NCBI GenBank assembly: GCA_964632485.1
Contig: CAZWDO010000006.1
Span: 124,001-188,000, forward strand
Length of the DNA: 64,000 bases
DNA from: an uncultured bacterium
Lineage (GTDB): Bacteria; JAGOEH01
Reading direction: 5' to 3'
Of the stretch, positions 28,609-39,077 are shown in pieces (the stretch's first letter is position 1; the number at the start of each line of letters is the position of its first letter). Position numbers and translations under genes: made by a program. Below the pieces are notes generated by a model, which made no database searches, was not told the DNA's origin, and worked only from the letters and a program-made list of their open reading frames with translations.

Positions 28609-30651
28609 GTGGCTGATCCATCTAAATTTAAACCGTTTGTATCATCCAGTAATCTGGATATGAAAGAGTTTACTTTACGTGCATTGGTCATCGGTTTGAT
28701 TATGTCAGTAATATTAGGAGCGGCGAATGCGTATTTGGGATTGAAAGCGGGGATGACTATTGCGGCGACCTATCCCGCTGCAGTGATCGGCATGGCGCTG
28801 CTACGGATTCTCAAGGGTTCGATTTTGGAAGAAAATTTCGTTCGCACAGTGGGTTCAATCGGTGAATCTGTGGCTGCCGGCGCGATTTTTACTATCCCCG
28901 CATTCTTTATTGCCAGTGATATTCTAACGGATTGGGCAGAATTTGCGACCTGGGAACATTACGCCGCCGCTTCTGCGATCATGTTGATAGGCGGTGTCCT
29001 GGGTATTATGTTTGTCGCTTTATTGCGCCGCGTCATGGTCGATGATGTGGAACTTCCTTTTCCGGAATCGGTTGCCGCAGCGGAAATCCACAAATCCGGA
29101 CGCGCTGGAGGCACCGGCGCTCAGTTTCTATTCGGGGCAATGGGTGTTGGCGCAGCGATTCAGGCCTTAGTAAAATTGAATTTTTTCGCTGCTTCCTGGG
29201 AAAAATTTATTCCTTTTTCTCAAAAAATTATCGATTTAAAATTTGAATTACTCAATAAAACAACGGCGATGATCAAAACCGAGAGCGGATTGCTGCTCAG
29301 CTCTCCTGGCGTAAGCCCTGCTTATATGGGTGTTGGTTATATTATCGGTCCCAAACTGGCATCTTTGAACTTCAGCGGCGGGCTAATTGCCTGGGGATTT
29401 ATGGTTCCTATTATTACCTATTTTATGGGTCCTCAGCTTATTCCCGAGGGAATTAGCCATGGCACGGAAGCCACTTGGGTTACAATGTCGATTAATGCCT
29501 GGAAATATATAGTGCGACCTATTGCCATCGGTGGGATGTTGGTTGGGGCGGGTTATACCCTTTTCCGGATGCGTAACAGTTTATGGACGGGTCTGCGGCG
29601 CTCCATTGGCGATGTCAAACGCGCGGCTGTATCCAAGGAAACGACGATACGCACTGAGCAGGACCTTAAATTCACGACGATCATGATGGGTGTCCTCTTA
29701 TCCGCAGTGGGTACTTTTTTTATTTATTACTATTTTTCCGGGAATATGCTAGCCGCCTTGGTGGCTACTATTGTGATGATTATTGCCGGATTCTTTTTTG
29801 CTGCCGTATCCGGTTATCTGGTAGGGATGATCGGTTCGAGCAACAATCCCATCAGCGGGTTAACGCTTTCCACCCTGATAGTTGCGGCATTGTTAATGGT
29901 GGCCATGGGTATGAAAGGCACCGCCGGAATTGCCGCTGTTTTAGGCGTAGCCGCAGTGGTCTGTGTTTCCACCGCTGTAGCTGGGGAAATGTTACAGGAT
30001 TTAAAGGTTGGGCATATTCTGGGTGGAACTCCCTGGAAAATGCAGGCAGGTGATGTGATTGGTGTTTTATTCAACGCAGCCGTGATGTTCGGCCCACTTG
30101 TCATGTTGCATCAGGGCGATATCAATATAGGCGGAACCGGTTTTGGCGGTGAGAATCTTCCCGCGCCGCAAGCCAGTCTGATGGCCCTTCTTTCCAAGGG
30201 AATCGTTGGAGGGGATATGGCCTGGCCCTTGATCATCGTGGGTATGTTGATGGGATTCGGTTTCATTCTCATGCAGGTCCGCAGTCCCATGTTGGTCAGC
30301 GTGGGTATGTATTTACCTTTAGAAACTACATTTGCTATTTTTATCGGCGGTTTGATCAAAGGCATTGCCGATTGGTTGGTGACCCGCCGCGCTTTGAACG
30401 CCGCTCAGAAAATTCGTGTAGAAAATAATGGTGTTCTCCTGGCTTCGGGTTTGATTGCCGGGGAAGCGCTGATCGGTTTGTTTTTTGCCGCCCTGGCTCT
30501 GATGAATTTCATTTTGCCCAAAATTTTTGAGTCGCCGACTTTCCTCTTGAGTTTGCTGGTTTTCGTCATCATTGGTTTTATTCTGGTTGTGATCCCGGTT
30601 AAAAATGCCGGAAGGCCTGACGAACCTGCTCCACCTTCGGCTATGTTTTGA
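28609..30651 (+). CDS. OPT-family oligopeptide transporter
   Basis: EFTLRA, NAYLGLKAG, LEEN, LPFPES, GSSNNPISG, QDLKVGHILGGTP, LPAPQA and SGLIAGE motifs; AAGGAGG RBS. Confidence 0.94.
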   Translation: MADPSKFKPFVSSSNLDMKEFTLRALVIGLIMSVILGAANAYLGLKAGMTIAATYPAAVIGMALLRILKGSILEENFVRTVGSIGESVAAGAIFTIPAFFIASDILTDWAEFATWEHYAAASAIMLIGGVLGIMFVALLRRVMVDDVELPFPESVAAAEIHKSGRAGGTGAQFLFGAMGVGAAIQALVKLNFFAASWEKFIPFSQKIIDLKFELLNKTTAMIKTESGLLLSSPGVSPAYMGVGYIIGPKLASLNFSGGLIAWGFMVPIITYFMGPQLIPEGISHGTEATWVTMSINAWKYIVRPIAIGGMLVGAGYTLFRMRNSLWTGLRRSIGDVKRAAVSKETTIRTEQDLKFTTIMMGVLLSAVGTFFIYYYFSGNMLAALVATIVMIIAGFFFAAVSGYLVGMIGSSNNPISGLTLSTLIVAALLMVAMGMKGTAGIAAVLGVAAVVCVSTAVAGEMLQDLKVGHILGGTPWKMQAGDVIGVLFNAAVMFGPLVMLHQGDINIGGTGFGGENLPAPQASLMALLSKGIVGGDMAWPLIIVGMLMGFGFILMQVRSPMLVSVGMYLPLETTFAIFIGGLIKGIADWLVTRRALNAAQKIRVENNGVLLASGLIAGEALIGLFFAALALMNFILPKIFESPTFLLSLLVFVIIGFILVVIPVKNAGRPDEPAPPSAMF

Positions 30652-30684
30652 TTAATTGTCCGATAATCTAAAGTTATAAACACG

Positions 30685-30716
30685 AAAAGGACACAGCCCG
30701 CGCTGTGTCCTTTTTT
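30685..30716 (+). terminator. Rho-independent terminator
   Basis: AAAAGGACACAGC-CCGC-GCTGTGTCC-TTTTTT. Confidence 0.85.
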
Positions 30717-30928
30717 AATGGATATCGGTTTGGCGGGAAATTTTTTTTTGCTTTAAAAGCGGGGCAGAGTGATTACCTCCTGCGCAGTGTTCACGATTTG
30801 TATGATCGCCATTTTGATTCCAATAGAGCGATTTGGAAATAACGCTTTCAAGTTTTAGTTTGGAACTACCAATGAATCACACGCGGAAGGGTTACTTTTT
30901 TTGAATCATTTTCAAGCTTAATTATAGC

Positions 30929-30957
30929 TTGACAAAACCAATAAAAATAATTATATT
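30929..30957 (+). promoter_or_regulatory. Putative sigma-70 promoter
   Basis: TTGACA-N17-TATATT. Confidence 0.62.
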
Positions 30958-30985
30958 AGACTCTTAAAAAAATAGTAGGTGATTA

Positions 30986-31339
30986 ATGCGAATTGTCCTG
31001 GATGATCGGCCTGGAAAGCAAAAGCTGTCGGTTCTCTCTGAATCGATGAATCTTTACGGAGTTCTGAGTGGAGAAGAGCGCATGGTTCTGAATGGTCATT
31101 TTAGAGGGACAATTGATTTAAAGAGCGAGTTATTGATTGCCGCAACGGCATTTGTGGAGGCAAATATTTTTGCGGATACAGTTATTGTTTATGGACGGGT
31201 ACTCGGCGATATGGTGGGACTGGCTTCTATCTGTATTAAGAACGGAGGCGTGGTTGAAGGTAATATTTTGGCGCCGGAAATTGTTTTGGAGAACGGCGCC
31301 AGGGTTACCGGAACAGTTATGATTGGAGATCGGAATTGA
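30986..31339 (+). CDS. Bactofilin (polymer-forming cytoskeletal protein)
   Basis: Beta-helical repeats LNGHFRGTI, VEANIFADTVIVYGRVLGDM and VVEGNILAPEIVLENGARVTG. Confidence 0.85.
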   Translation: MRIVLDDRPGKQKLSVLSESMNLYGVLSGEERMVLNGHFRGTIDLKSELLIAATAFVEANIFADTVIVYGRVLGDMVGLASICIKNGGVVEGNILAPEIVLENGARVTGTVMIGDRN

Positions 31340-31953
31340 AAAAAATAGCGGTATTTATATCTGGCCGCGGTTCAAACCTGGCGGCTTTGATAGATGCCAT
31401 AAATACAGGCGCATTGCAAGCTGAAATCGCTCTGGTTGTCAGCCATACCGAAAAATCCGGGGGATTGCAATTAGCGAGAAGCGCTGGAATTCCGACTGTA
31501 ATAACCCAAGAAGGCCCAGCGTCGGCTTTGACCCAGAATGGCCAGATTTTGGTTGAACGACTTCAAGCCGCTGAAATTGATTGGATTGTACTGGCGGGAT
31601 TTATTAAAAAATTGCCGGAATCGATTATCGATTTTTATTATCCCCGTCTGGTGAATATCCATCCGGCCTTGCTACCTGCATTTGGTGGCAAGGGGTTTTA
31701 TGGAATGCGTATTCATCAGTCTGTTATCGAACGGGGAGTCTTTTATTCCGGGTTGACTATTCATCTGGTGAACAAGGATTATGATGCAGGTCCGATAGTT
31801 TTTCAGAAAATTGTCAACGTGGAGGAGGATGATAACGCTGAACGTTTGGCCGAACGGATACTCCGGGAGGAACATCGATATTATGCGTTAGTCATTCAGC
31901 GTTTATTGTATCAATCATTTATTATTCGTAACAAACGAATCTTTTTTCAGTAA
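31336..31953 (+). CDS. purN: Phosphoribosylglycinamide formyltransferase
   Basis: IAVFISGRGSNL, LAGF, NIHPALLP and YDAGPI motifs. Confidence 0.95.
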   Translation: MKKIAVFISGRGSNLAALIDAINTGALQAEIALVVSHTEKSGGLQLARSAGIPTVITQEGPASALTQNGQILVERLQAAEIDWIVLAGFIKKLPESIIDFYYPRLVNIHPALLPAFGGKGFYGMRIHQSVIERGVFYSGLTIHLVNKDYDAGPIVFQKIVNVEEDDNAERLAERILREEHRYYALVIQRLLYQSFIIRNKRIFFQ

Positions 31954-31965
31954 AGGAGGCCTCCC

Positions 31966-32163
31966 ATGGCGAAAAAAGAAGGCGGCACTGCGGCGCGTCT
32001 GGCCAAAGGTCAAAAAATGAAAACCGGAAAACCTTGCCCTATTTGTGGCGAAATCACTGAACCGATTCAGGTTATTGAACCGGCTGAAGTCAAAGGTTCC
32101 ACTAAATTCCGGAAATCTTTTGTAAAATTATGTAAATGTAATCGCGCCCAATTTGGCGTCTAA
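31966..32163 (+). CDS. Small basic Zn-binding protein (65 aa)
   Basis: AAGGAGG RBS, MAKK start, CPIC and CKC motifs, own downstream hairpin. Confidence 0.8.
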   Translation: MAKKEGGTAARLAKGQKMKTGKPCPICGEITEPIQVIEPAEVKGSTKFRKSFVKLCKCNRAQFGV

Positions 32164-32169
32164 CCTTTT

Positions 32170-32196
32170 GTCCCCTTTATTCCATATAAAGGGGAC
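32170..32196 (+). terminator. Hairpin, probable terminator
   Basis: GTCCCCTTTAT-TCCAT-ATAAAGGGGAC (11-bp stem) followed by TATTATTTT. Confidence 0.65.
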
Positions 32197-32207
32197 TATT
32201 ATTTTCA

Positions 32208-33524
32208 ATGGTTCATGATCTATTAAATAAAATCGAATCCAATTTTCGTTATTTTATCGACCATTTTTTTTTGCTGAGTGAAGAAAATTCTGATTTTTAT
32301 TCCCATTATTACCGTTCTGCTCAGTTAGCGTCGATTATCGGTGAACATACCGATGAATTTCATTCAGCGCATCGTAATAAAATCCTTTTCGATGCCACTC
32401 TGTATTGCGATATTGGACTGGATAAAGATTTGAAGCTGGGGCGATCCCTTTTACCGGAAGATCGAGATACCGCTTTAAAAAAACATATCGATGTTTCAAT
32501 GGAAATTTTGCGTGGAGGCGAACATTTTTTTAAACACGCTATTTTATTAATCGCCTGGCATCATTGGCAACCGGACAGTAATGGCTATACTCCACGAGAA
32601 TTGCCGGCTTTGGAACTTTATAAAAACGGTGGCGCTATTATTTCACTGACAACCGCCTTCGATGCGATTTTCTCCCGGAATTTTAAAAAATATCATGATC
32701 TCTCTTACAGTCTAATTGTCGCCACTGCCATCGTGTTGAAAAATAAAAACACGCAATTCATCGAAAATAATTGCAATATTCTGCTTGATTGTCTCAAACA
32801 TGGATTTCCCGTATATTATAATTCCAGCCAGATCATCGTGAAGATTGATGAAACCATGTTTGAAACCGTGCAGCTTTTTTTAAGGGATGGTGTCTATCGT
32901 TATGAAGATTATCTCAATTCCAAAGAAAACCGTCCAAAAAAGACAAGTTCTTCTTTAACCACTTCAGCCGATGATATTACACGATTTGAGCAACATTTCA
33001 AACGGGGGATTAACGGGGATCTGTATAATATCAACGAGATTACGGAATATCTGCATGTCTTACTGGTGATTCTTGATAAATTTCCAGAGAAATTCGAACT
33101 GCTTTTCATTAAAATTCTCGAATTTATTGCTCAATTCCATTATCCCGATGGCGAAATCAAGAGTTTTGTAAAAATCCATGTGTATAAAAATATCGAAGAA
33201 ATTTTCAATGTGAAACCTGGAAATATCGAATCTTTTTTTATCGCGATTATTAATGTATGGGTTAGCTATATCCAAAATGGTTTGGACGTGACGCTCCTGA
33301 ACTATTTTGAAAAGAATATACTGAATTATTTAGATATCCTTCGGAATATAAAAGCGACTTATTCATTTTCCAATCGATACATGACGCCGGAAATTGAGAA
33401 AGCGACCCGCGATAAGGAGGCATTGTATTTACAGCATGTTAAACAGGTATACAACGCCCGGGAAATCGACCAGTTGAATCAACGAATTTCCTGGTTAAAA
33501 CTGTTTAGAAAAATTTGGACGTGA
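32208..33524 (+). CDS. Degenerate HD-GYP-like domain protein
   Basis: ATLYCDIG (cf. AALLHDIG), KHIDVSMEIL, WHHWQPDSNGY (cf. HHERxDGxGYP) and AIISLTTAFDAI (cf. RIxAVADxFDAM); unknown C-terminal half. Confidence 0.6.
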   Translation: MVHDLLNKIESNFRYFIDHFFLLSEENSDFYSHYYRSAQLASIIGEHTDEFHSAHRNKILFDATLYCDIGLDKDLKLGRSLLPEDRDTALKKHIDVSMEILRGGEHFFKHAILLIAWHHWQPDSNGYTPRELPALELYKNGGAIISLTTAFDAIFSRNFKKYHDLSYSLIVATAIVLKNKNTQFIENNCNILLDCLKHGFPVYYNSSQIIVKIDETMFETVQLFLRDGVYRYEDYLNSKENRPKKTSSSLTTSADDITRFEQHFKRGINGDLYNINEITEYLHVLLVILDKFPEKFELLFIKILEFIAQFHYPDGEIKSFVKIHVYKNIEEIFNVKPGNIESFFIAIINVWVSYIQNGLDVTLLNYFEKNILNYLDILRNIKATYSFSNRYMTPEIEKATRDKEALYLQHVKQVYNAREIDQLNQRISWLKLFRKIWT

Positions 33525-33637
33525 GTATATTATTAAAAAATGTCTTGACATTGTCAATGATATGTGTTAAATATAATCGTTGCTTGATTTATGAAAAAGT
33601 AACAATAAATTAACTAAATTTGAAGATGGAGGCCTGT

Positions 33638-34993
33638 GTGAATGTACAAGTCGAACAGTTGTCCAGTTGTAAAAGAAAATTGACAATTGATATCGAATCG
33701 TCAGCCGTGAATGAAAAACGGCAAAATCTGGTTAAGGAAATTCAACGCCTGGCAACCGTACCGGGATTCCGGCGTGGTAAAGCCCCGCTACCGATTTTTC
33801 TGCGCCAATATCAATCAGTCATTGATCGTGAATTGAAAAACGAGCTATTGAAGGATACCCTGAAAGAAGCCCTTGACCAGCAAGCGATCATCCCTTTAAA
33901 CCAAGAAAAAGTGAGTGAAGTGGTTTTTGATGCAGCGGGGAATGCCCAATATTATTTCGTATTTGAACATGATCCACAATTTGAACTGGCATCATATCAA
34001 GGGCATACGATAGAAATGTTACGTGTAAACCGCGACGTGGAACAGATTATGGAACAGGAAATTGAAAATCTACGGAAAAAAGCGGGAAAATTCGCGGAAA
34101 CCGAAATTGTATCAAATCAATCTATCATTTTCTACCAGGTCGTTTTTTTTAGTGATTCAGGTGAGGAATTAACTACCCATAAAGATCAGTTTCTGAATAT
34201 GATTTATCTGAAAGATGATCAAAAAGAACTGGCCGCTCTCTTGCTGGGTAAAAAAACAAACGATTGTATCGAGACTCAACTGGTAGAAATCGGCAGGGAA
34301 AATGATGATCAACCACCTAAAATTCCCGCTAAAATTACTATCCAATCAATTCGTGAGCTTACACTACCCGAATTGAGTGATGAGTGGGTTCAAGAGATTA
34401 CGCATAAACAGGTTAATACTGTCGAAGAATATAAACTGAAACTGAAGGAAGCTGTAGAAAGCCATATTGAAAATGATATTAAACAATCGCGTCGATTGGC
34501 AATTGATCGCTATCTGGTGACGGCAAATTTGTTTGATGTTCCAGAATCGTTGTTAAAACACTATTACTCTGTTCAAGTGAACAAAGTGCGGGATGAATAC
34601 GCCCAGAATACGAAACAACTGGATCAGGCTTTATCCGATGAACAGTTGCAAAGCATTTTGTTTAAGACGTTTTTCGACCTGAAATCCTACTATGTTTTTA
34701 AAAAAATTGCTGAAACCGAGAAAATTGACGTTACAACGGATGAAGTTACTGAAAAAATTCGACAGATTGCCGAAGAGCATGGGTTGGATGCTAAGGAATT
34801 CAAACGCGATTTAATAAAATCCGAAGGTCTGAATGATTTCAAATGGGACATGGTAAAGGATAAGCTCTATGAGAAACTCATGAAAGAGAATGAACTGGTT
34901 GAAGTGGAAACTTATTCGAAGCCCAGTGAAGAACAGACTTCAATGGTCGAGCTGCCGCCTGTTGAATCTGAGTTGGATAGAGGAGGAGAATAA
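33638..34993 (+). CDS. tig: Trigger factor
   Basis: VPGFRRGKAP ribosome-binding loop; position before clpP; GGAGG RBS before GTG 33638. Confidence 0.92.
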   Translation: MNVQVEQLSSCKRKLTIDIESSAVNEKRQNLVKEIQRLATVPGFRRGKAPLPIFLRQYQSVIDRELKNELLKDTLKEALDQQAIIPLNQEKVSEVVFDAAGNAQYYFVFEHDPQFELASYQGHTIEMLRVNRDVEQIMEQEIENLRKKAGKFAETEIVSNQSIIFYQVVFFSDSGEELTTHKDQFLNMIYLKDDQKELAALLLGKKTNDCIETQLVEIGRENDDQPPKIPAKITIQSIRELTLPELSDEWVQEITHKQVNTVEEYKLKLKEAVESHIENDIKQSRRLAIDRYLVTANLFDVPESLLKHYYSVQVNKVRDEYAQNTKQLDQALSDEQLQSILFKTFFDLKSYYVFKKIAETEKIDVTTDEVTEKIRQIAEEHGLDAKEFKRDLIKSEGLNDFKWDMVKDKLYEKLMKENELVEVETYSKPSEEQTSMVELPPVESELDRGGE

Positions 34994-34996
34994 ACC

Positions 34997-35575
34997 ATGC
35001 TGGTTCCAATTGTTATCGAACAAACCGGTCGGGGCGAACGCGCCTATGATATTTATTCAAGACTTTTACGGGATCGTATTGTCTTTATAGGCACTCCCGT
35101 TGATGATACCATTGCCAATTTAGTGATTGCCCAGTTGCTTTTTCTGGAAGCTGAAGATCCTGAAAAAGATATCAATCTGTATATCAATTCGCCGGGCGGC
35201 TATCTGTCTTCCGGCTTGGCAATCCTGGATACTTTGCGTTTTATTAAACCTGATGTCTCTACAATTTGTATGGGCCAGGCCCTGAGTATGTCGGCCATCC
35301 TGCTGGCGGCGGGGACCCCGGGAAAACGCTCCGCTTTGCGCCATTCCAGAATCATGATTCATCAACCCTGGGGGGGAGCGCAAGGGCAAGCCAGTGATAT
35401 CGAAATTCAAGCTAAGGAAATTCTAAGCATGCGAGACCAAATTAATCAAATTTTGGCTGAACTCACCGGGCAGCCCGTTTCCAAGATCGAAAAGGATACG
35501 GACCGAAATTTTTTTATGTCGCCGGAAGATGCTAAAACCTATGGATTAATTGACGAAATCCTGGAAAAAAGGTAG
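34997..35575 (+). CDS. clpP: ATP-dependent Clp protease proteolytic subunit
   Basis: [31 protein letters not shown] and DTDRNFFMS motifs. Confidence 0.98.
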   Translation: MLVPIVIEQTGRGERAYDIYSRLLRDRIVFIGTPVDDTIANLVIAQLLFLEAEDPEKDINLYINSPGGYLSSGLAILDTLRFIKPDVSTICMGQALSMSAILLAAGTPGKRSALRHSRIMIHQPWGGAQGQASDIEIQAKEILSMRDQINQILAELTGQPVSKIEKDTDRNFFMSPEDAKTYGLIDEILEKR

Positions 35576-35580
35576 TAAGT

Positions 35581-36828
35581 ATGGCAAAAAAAACAGATTT
35601 CTTTTTTGGTAAACAACGGTGTGATTTTTGTGGGACGGTTTTTGCGGATGAAATGGAGTTGGTTTTTGGACCGAATGTCTCAATTTGCCGTGGTTGTGTG
35701 GAAAGTTGTGTGGCCATTTTTAATGAGCGGGAACATCTCGGAACTAGTTCCGATGAATTTAAAATCCCTACTCCCAAACAAATTATGGAACGGCTTTCTG
35801 AATATGTAATCGGTCAGGACCCGGCCAAACGCATTTTGTCCGTAGCGGTCTATAACCACTATAAGCGGTTGAACCAAAAGAAAAACGATGAAGTTGAGAT
35901 CGAAAAAAGTAATATATTATTGTTGGGCCCTACGGGAACGGGTAAAACCCTGCTGGCGCAAACTTTGGCCCGCTACCTTCAGGTCCCTTTTACTATTGTG
36001 GATGCTACGGTGTTTACTGAAGCCGGTTATGTGGGTGAGGATGTGGAAAATATGCTGGTCAGATTACTTCAAGCGGCTGATTACAATTTAAAGCAAGCGG
36101 AAAGAGGGATCATTTATATTGACGAACTGGATAAAATCGCCAGAAAAACCGCCAATCCCTCGATTACCCGCGATGTGTCCGGCGAAGGTGTTCAGCAGGC
36201 CATGCTGAAAATACTGGAAGGATCCGTCGCCGCAGTTCCCCCAAAAGGAGGGCGTAAGCACCCGGAGCAGGACTTGATTCAGATTAACACTAAAAATATT
36301 CTGTTTATAGCCGGAGGCGTTTTTGAGGGGATTGAAAAAATTATTATGCGTCGGCGCGGCGGAAATGCAGTCGGTTTCAGTTCAGAATTGCACCTGCGCA
36401 GTAAACAGGGAATTGGCGAATTGCTCGCAATGGTTGAGCCTGAGGACCTGCATCAATTCGGTTTAATTCCCGAGTTGATCGGCCGTTTTCATTCAGTGGG
36501 CTCTTTGAACGAACTGGATGAAAACATGCTCGTGAATATTCTGACTCAACCGAAAAACGCTTTAGTGAAACAATATACAAAACTGTTTGAAATGGATAAT
36601 GTTAAATTGAAATTTGAAGAAGAGGCATTGCTCGAAATCGCGCGAATTACGGTGGGCCGCAAAACAGGAGCGCGCGGGTTGCGGGCAATTATGGAAAAAA
36701 TAATGACTGATATTATGTTTTCCATTCCCGAGGATGATGTCAAGTATTGCATCATTACTCCCGCTGCGGTGACTGGGAAAGAACCTCCTAAAATTGTCCG
36801 GAATTCATCCAGAAAAAAGACTGCTTGA
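35581..36828 (+). CDS. clpX: ATP-dependent Clp protease ATP-binding subunit
   Basis: C4 zinc finger CDFC...[30 protein letters not shown] and GGRKHP motifs. Confidence 0.98.
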   Translation: MAKKTDFFFGKQRCDFCGTVFADEMELVFGPNVSICRGCVESCVAIFNEREHLGTSSDEFKIPTPKQIMERLSEYVIGQDPAKRILSVAVYNHYKRLNQKKNDEVEIEKSNILLLGPTGTGKTLLAQTLARYLQVPFTIVDATVFTEAGYVGEDVENMLVRLLQAADYNLKQAERGIIYIDELDKIARKTANPSITRDVSGEGVQQAMLKILEGSVAAVPPKGGRKHPEQDLIQINTKNILFIAGGVFEGIEKIIMRRRGGNAVGFSSELHLRSKQGIGELLAMVEPEDLHQFGLIPELIGRFHSVGSLNELDENMLVNILTQPKNALVKQYTKLFEMDNVKLKFEEEALLEIARITVGRKTGARGLRAIMEKIMTDIMFSIPEDDVKYCIITPAAVTGKEPPKIVRNSSRKKTA

Positions 36829-36829
36829 A

Positions 36830-37415
36830 ATGGTAAATTTCAGCCAAACTGAGTATGTGAAAAGCGTTTTTTTTAAACGTGATCTGATTGATGATGACTT
36901 GCCTCAATTCGCTTTTATTGGTCGGTCAAATGTCGGAAAATCTTCGTTAATCAATGCATTGACCGAACGGAAAAAATTAGCGTTAACGAGCAAACAGCCG
37001 GGTAAAACGCGTACAATTAATTTTTTTTTTTACCGATCATCAGTTCTATCTGGTCGATTTGCCCGGTTATGGATTTGCCAAATCCAGAGAAACCTATCAA
37101 CTTCAATGGAATTCACTGATTGAGTTTTATTTGCTGGAAATCCGTTCCCTGAAAGTCACTTTTTTACTCTGGGACGCCGAAGTTTCACCCAAGGAAAATG
37201 ATTTGCAGGTTTTAAAATGGTACCGAAACCATCGGCTGCCATATCAAATCATTCTGACTAAAGCGGATCGTTTAAGTCAAAGCCATTGTCTGCAACGGGT
37301 AGATGAAATCCTCTCTCGTTGGAATGAGGCTCCCATACTTTTTTCCAGCTCTAAAAAAAGAGGCATTGAGGATCTGCGTTCTCTTATTGTTCAGTGTGTC
37401 CCCCAAGAGGTATAA
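36830..37415 (+). CDS. engB: Ribosome-biogenesis GTPase EngB/YsxC, split by a frameshift in a T11 tract
   Basis: GRSNVGKSS and PGKT in one frame, DLPGYG and TKAD in the next. Removing one T from 37021-37031 gives [18 protein letters not shown]. Confidence 0.9.
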
Positions 37416-38341
37416 TGGATATATTTGTATTAGGTACCAGTGGAGCCATACCCACTCTTAAACGGAATCTGCCTTCGGTTGTGTTAAGACGGGATGGTCG
37501 TTTATTTATGTTTGATTGTGGCGAAGGCGCCCAAATGCAAGTCATTCGTTCCGGCTTGTCCCTGGCCAAATTTGAAAAAATTTTCATCACACACATGCAT
37601 GGCGATCATGTAACCGGTTTGCCGGGTTTGTTGATGTTGCTGACCCAGGCAGGACGGCAGGCGCCGCTGACAATATTCGGCCCAGTAGGGATCGAGGATT
37701 TTATTGTTTCAATTCGTCGGAGTTTGAATTTTTATACCGAATATGAAATTGTAATCAAGGAAATCGAACGCGAGGGGATCATTTATGAGGAGAAGGAATT
37801 TTGGATTGAAACGGCTAAAGTGGATCATAAGATGTTCACCTTGGCTTTTGCCTTGATAGAAAAACCCCGGGTTGGCAAATTTTTTATTGAAAAAGCGCTG
37901 GAATTGGGGCTAAAGCCGGGTGTTATATTCAAAAAGTTACAAGAAGGCGAATCGGTATTGCTGGAGGATGGCCGTTGTATTGATCCTGAACAGGTTGTTG
38001 GCCCCCCGCGTCGGGGCCGTAAATTTGTGTATGCCACTGATACCCGGCCTTCACGCCATGTCGTCAAACTCGCCCAGGATGCTGATTTATTAATTCATGA
38101 TGGCATGTTTGCCGATAGCGAAGTCGAAGATGCCATTGCCAAAGGCCATTCCACTGCCCGTCAAGCCGCCGAAGTCGCCAAACTCGCCAATGTCCGGCAA
38201 TTACTTCTCACTCATATCAGTTCCAGGTATGCTCATACTCTGGAATTAAAACAGCAGGCCCGAAAAGTTTTTTCTAATACACATGTTGCCAGGGATTTGC
38301 TGACTATCAATTTACCGAATTCAGAGGAAGAACTTGGCTAA
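37415..38341 (+). CDS. rnz: Ribonuclease Z
   Basis: LGTSGAIP, FDCGEG, THMHGDH, GP exosite, TDTRP, GHST and THISSRY motifs. Confidence 0.95.
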   Translation: MDIFVLGTSGAIPTLKRNLPSVVLRRDGRLFMFDCGEGAQMQVIRSGLSLAKFEKIFITHMHGDHVTGLPGLLMLLTQAGRQAPLTIFGPVGIEDFIVSIRRSLNFYTEYEIVIKEIEREGIIYEEKEFWIETAKVDHKMFTLAFALIEKPRVGKFFIEKALELGLKPGVIFKKLQEGESVLLEDGRCIDPEQVVGPPRRGRKFVYATDTRPSRHVVKLAQDADLLIHDGMFADSEVEDAIAKGHSTARQAAEVAKLANVRQLLLTHISSRYAHTLELKQQARKVFSNTHVARDLLTINLPNSEEELG

Positions 38342-39077
38342 ACTCTATGTTGTAGCGACACCCATCGGCAACCTCGGTGATATAACTCTCAGGGCAATCG
38401 AAACACTTAAAAATGTTGATCTTATTGCCGCGGAAGATACCCGGAAAGCGATGATCCTCTTATCTCATTTCCAAATCAGAAAAAAATTGATGGCGTATCA
38501 TAATGCCAATGAAACCCGAGCCGCTGGTAAATTTTTGGATTTGTTGCATCAGGGACACTCCATCGCTTTAATCTCAGAAGCCGGAACTCCGACGATTTCT
38601 GACCCGGGATATCGTCTCATCCGGGCTGCAACCCAGGCCGGAATTGAAGTGGTTTCTATCCCGGGACCCTGCGCTGCTATCACTGCGCTCTCTATCTCTG
38701 GTTTTCCCACTGATCGTTTCCTCTTTTTGGGTTTTCTGCCGCCAAAACCCGGTAAAAAAAAACAACGCCTGCTTTCTTACGCCGATTGCGATTGCCAGAT
38801 AGTCCTATATGAATCACCCTATCGGATTCGGGCTACTCTTGAATTGTTATTGGAACTTTACGGTGAACGGGAAGTTTTTATTGGTAGAGAACTCACAAAA
38901 CTTCATGAAACCCATCTTCGAGGAAATCTCTCAGAAATATTGAGTGGTTTTGATCGACAGACCGTAAAAGGTGAATTTGTAATTATTATTAACCTCAAGC
39001 AAGGGTGGTCTGATAATGAATCGGACAAATTTTCAGGAAAAGAGACCGGTGTTTACGACATTAGCGGAATTGGTTAA
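38334..39077 (+). CDS. rsmI: 16S rRNA (cytidine-1402-2'-O)-methyltransferase
   Basis: LYVVATPIGNLGDIT, AAEDTR, SEAGTPTISDPG, YESPYR and RELTKLHE motifs. Confidence 0.96.
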   Translation: MAKLYVVATPIGNLGDITLRAIETLKNVDLIAAEDTRKAMILLSHFQIRKKLMAYHNANETRAAGKFLDLLHQGHSIALISEAGTPTISDPGYRLIRAATQAGIEVVSIPGPCAAITALSISGFPTDRFLFLGFLPPKPGKKKQRLLSYADCDCQIVLYESPYRIRATLELLLELYGEREVFIGRELTKLHETHLRGNLSEILSGFDRQTVKGEFVIIINLKQGWSDNESDKFSGKETGVYDISGIG

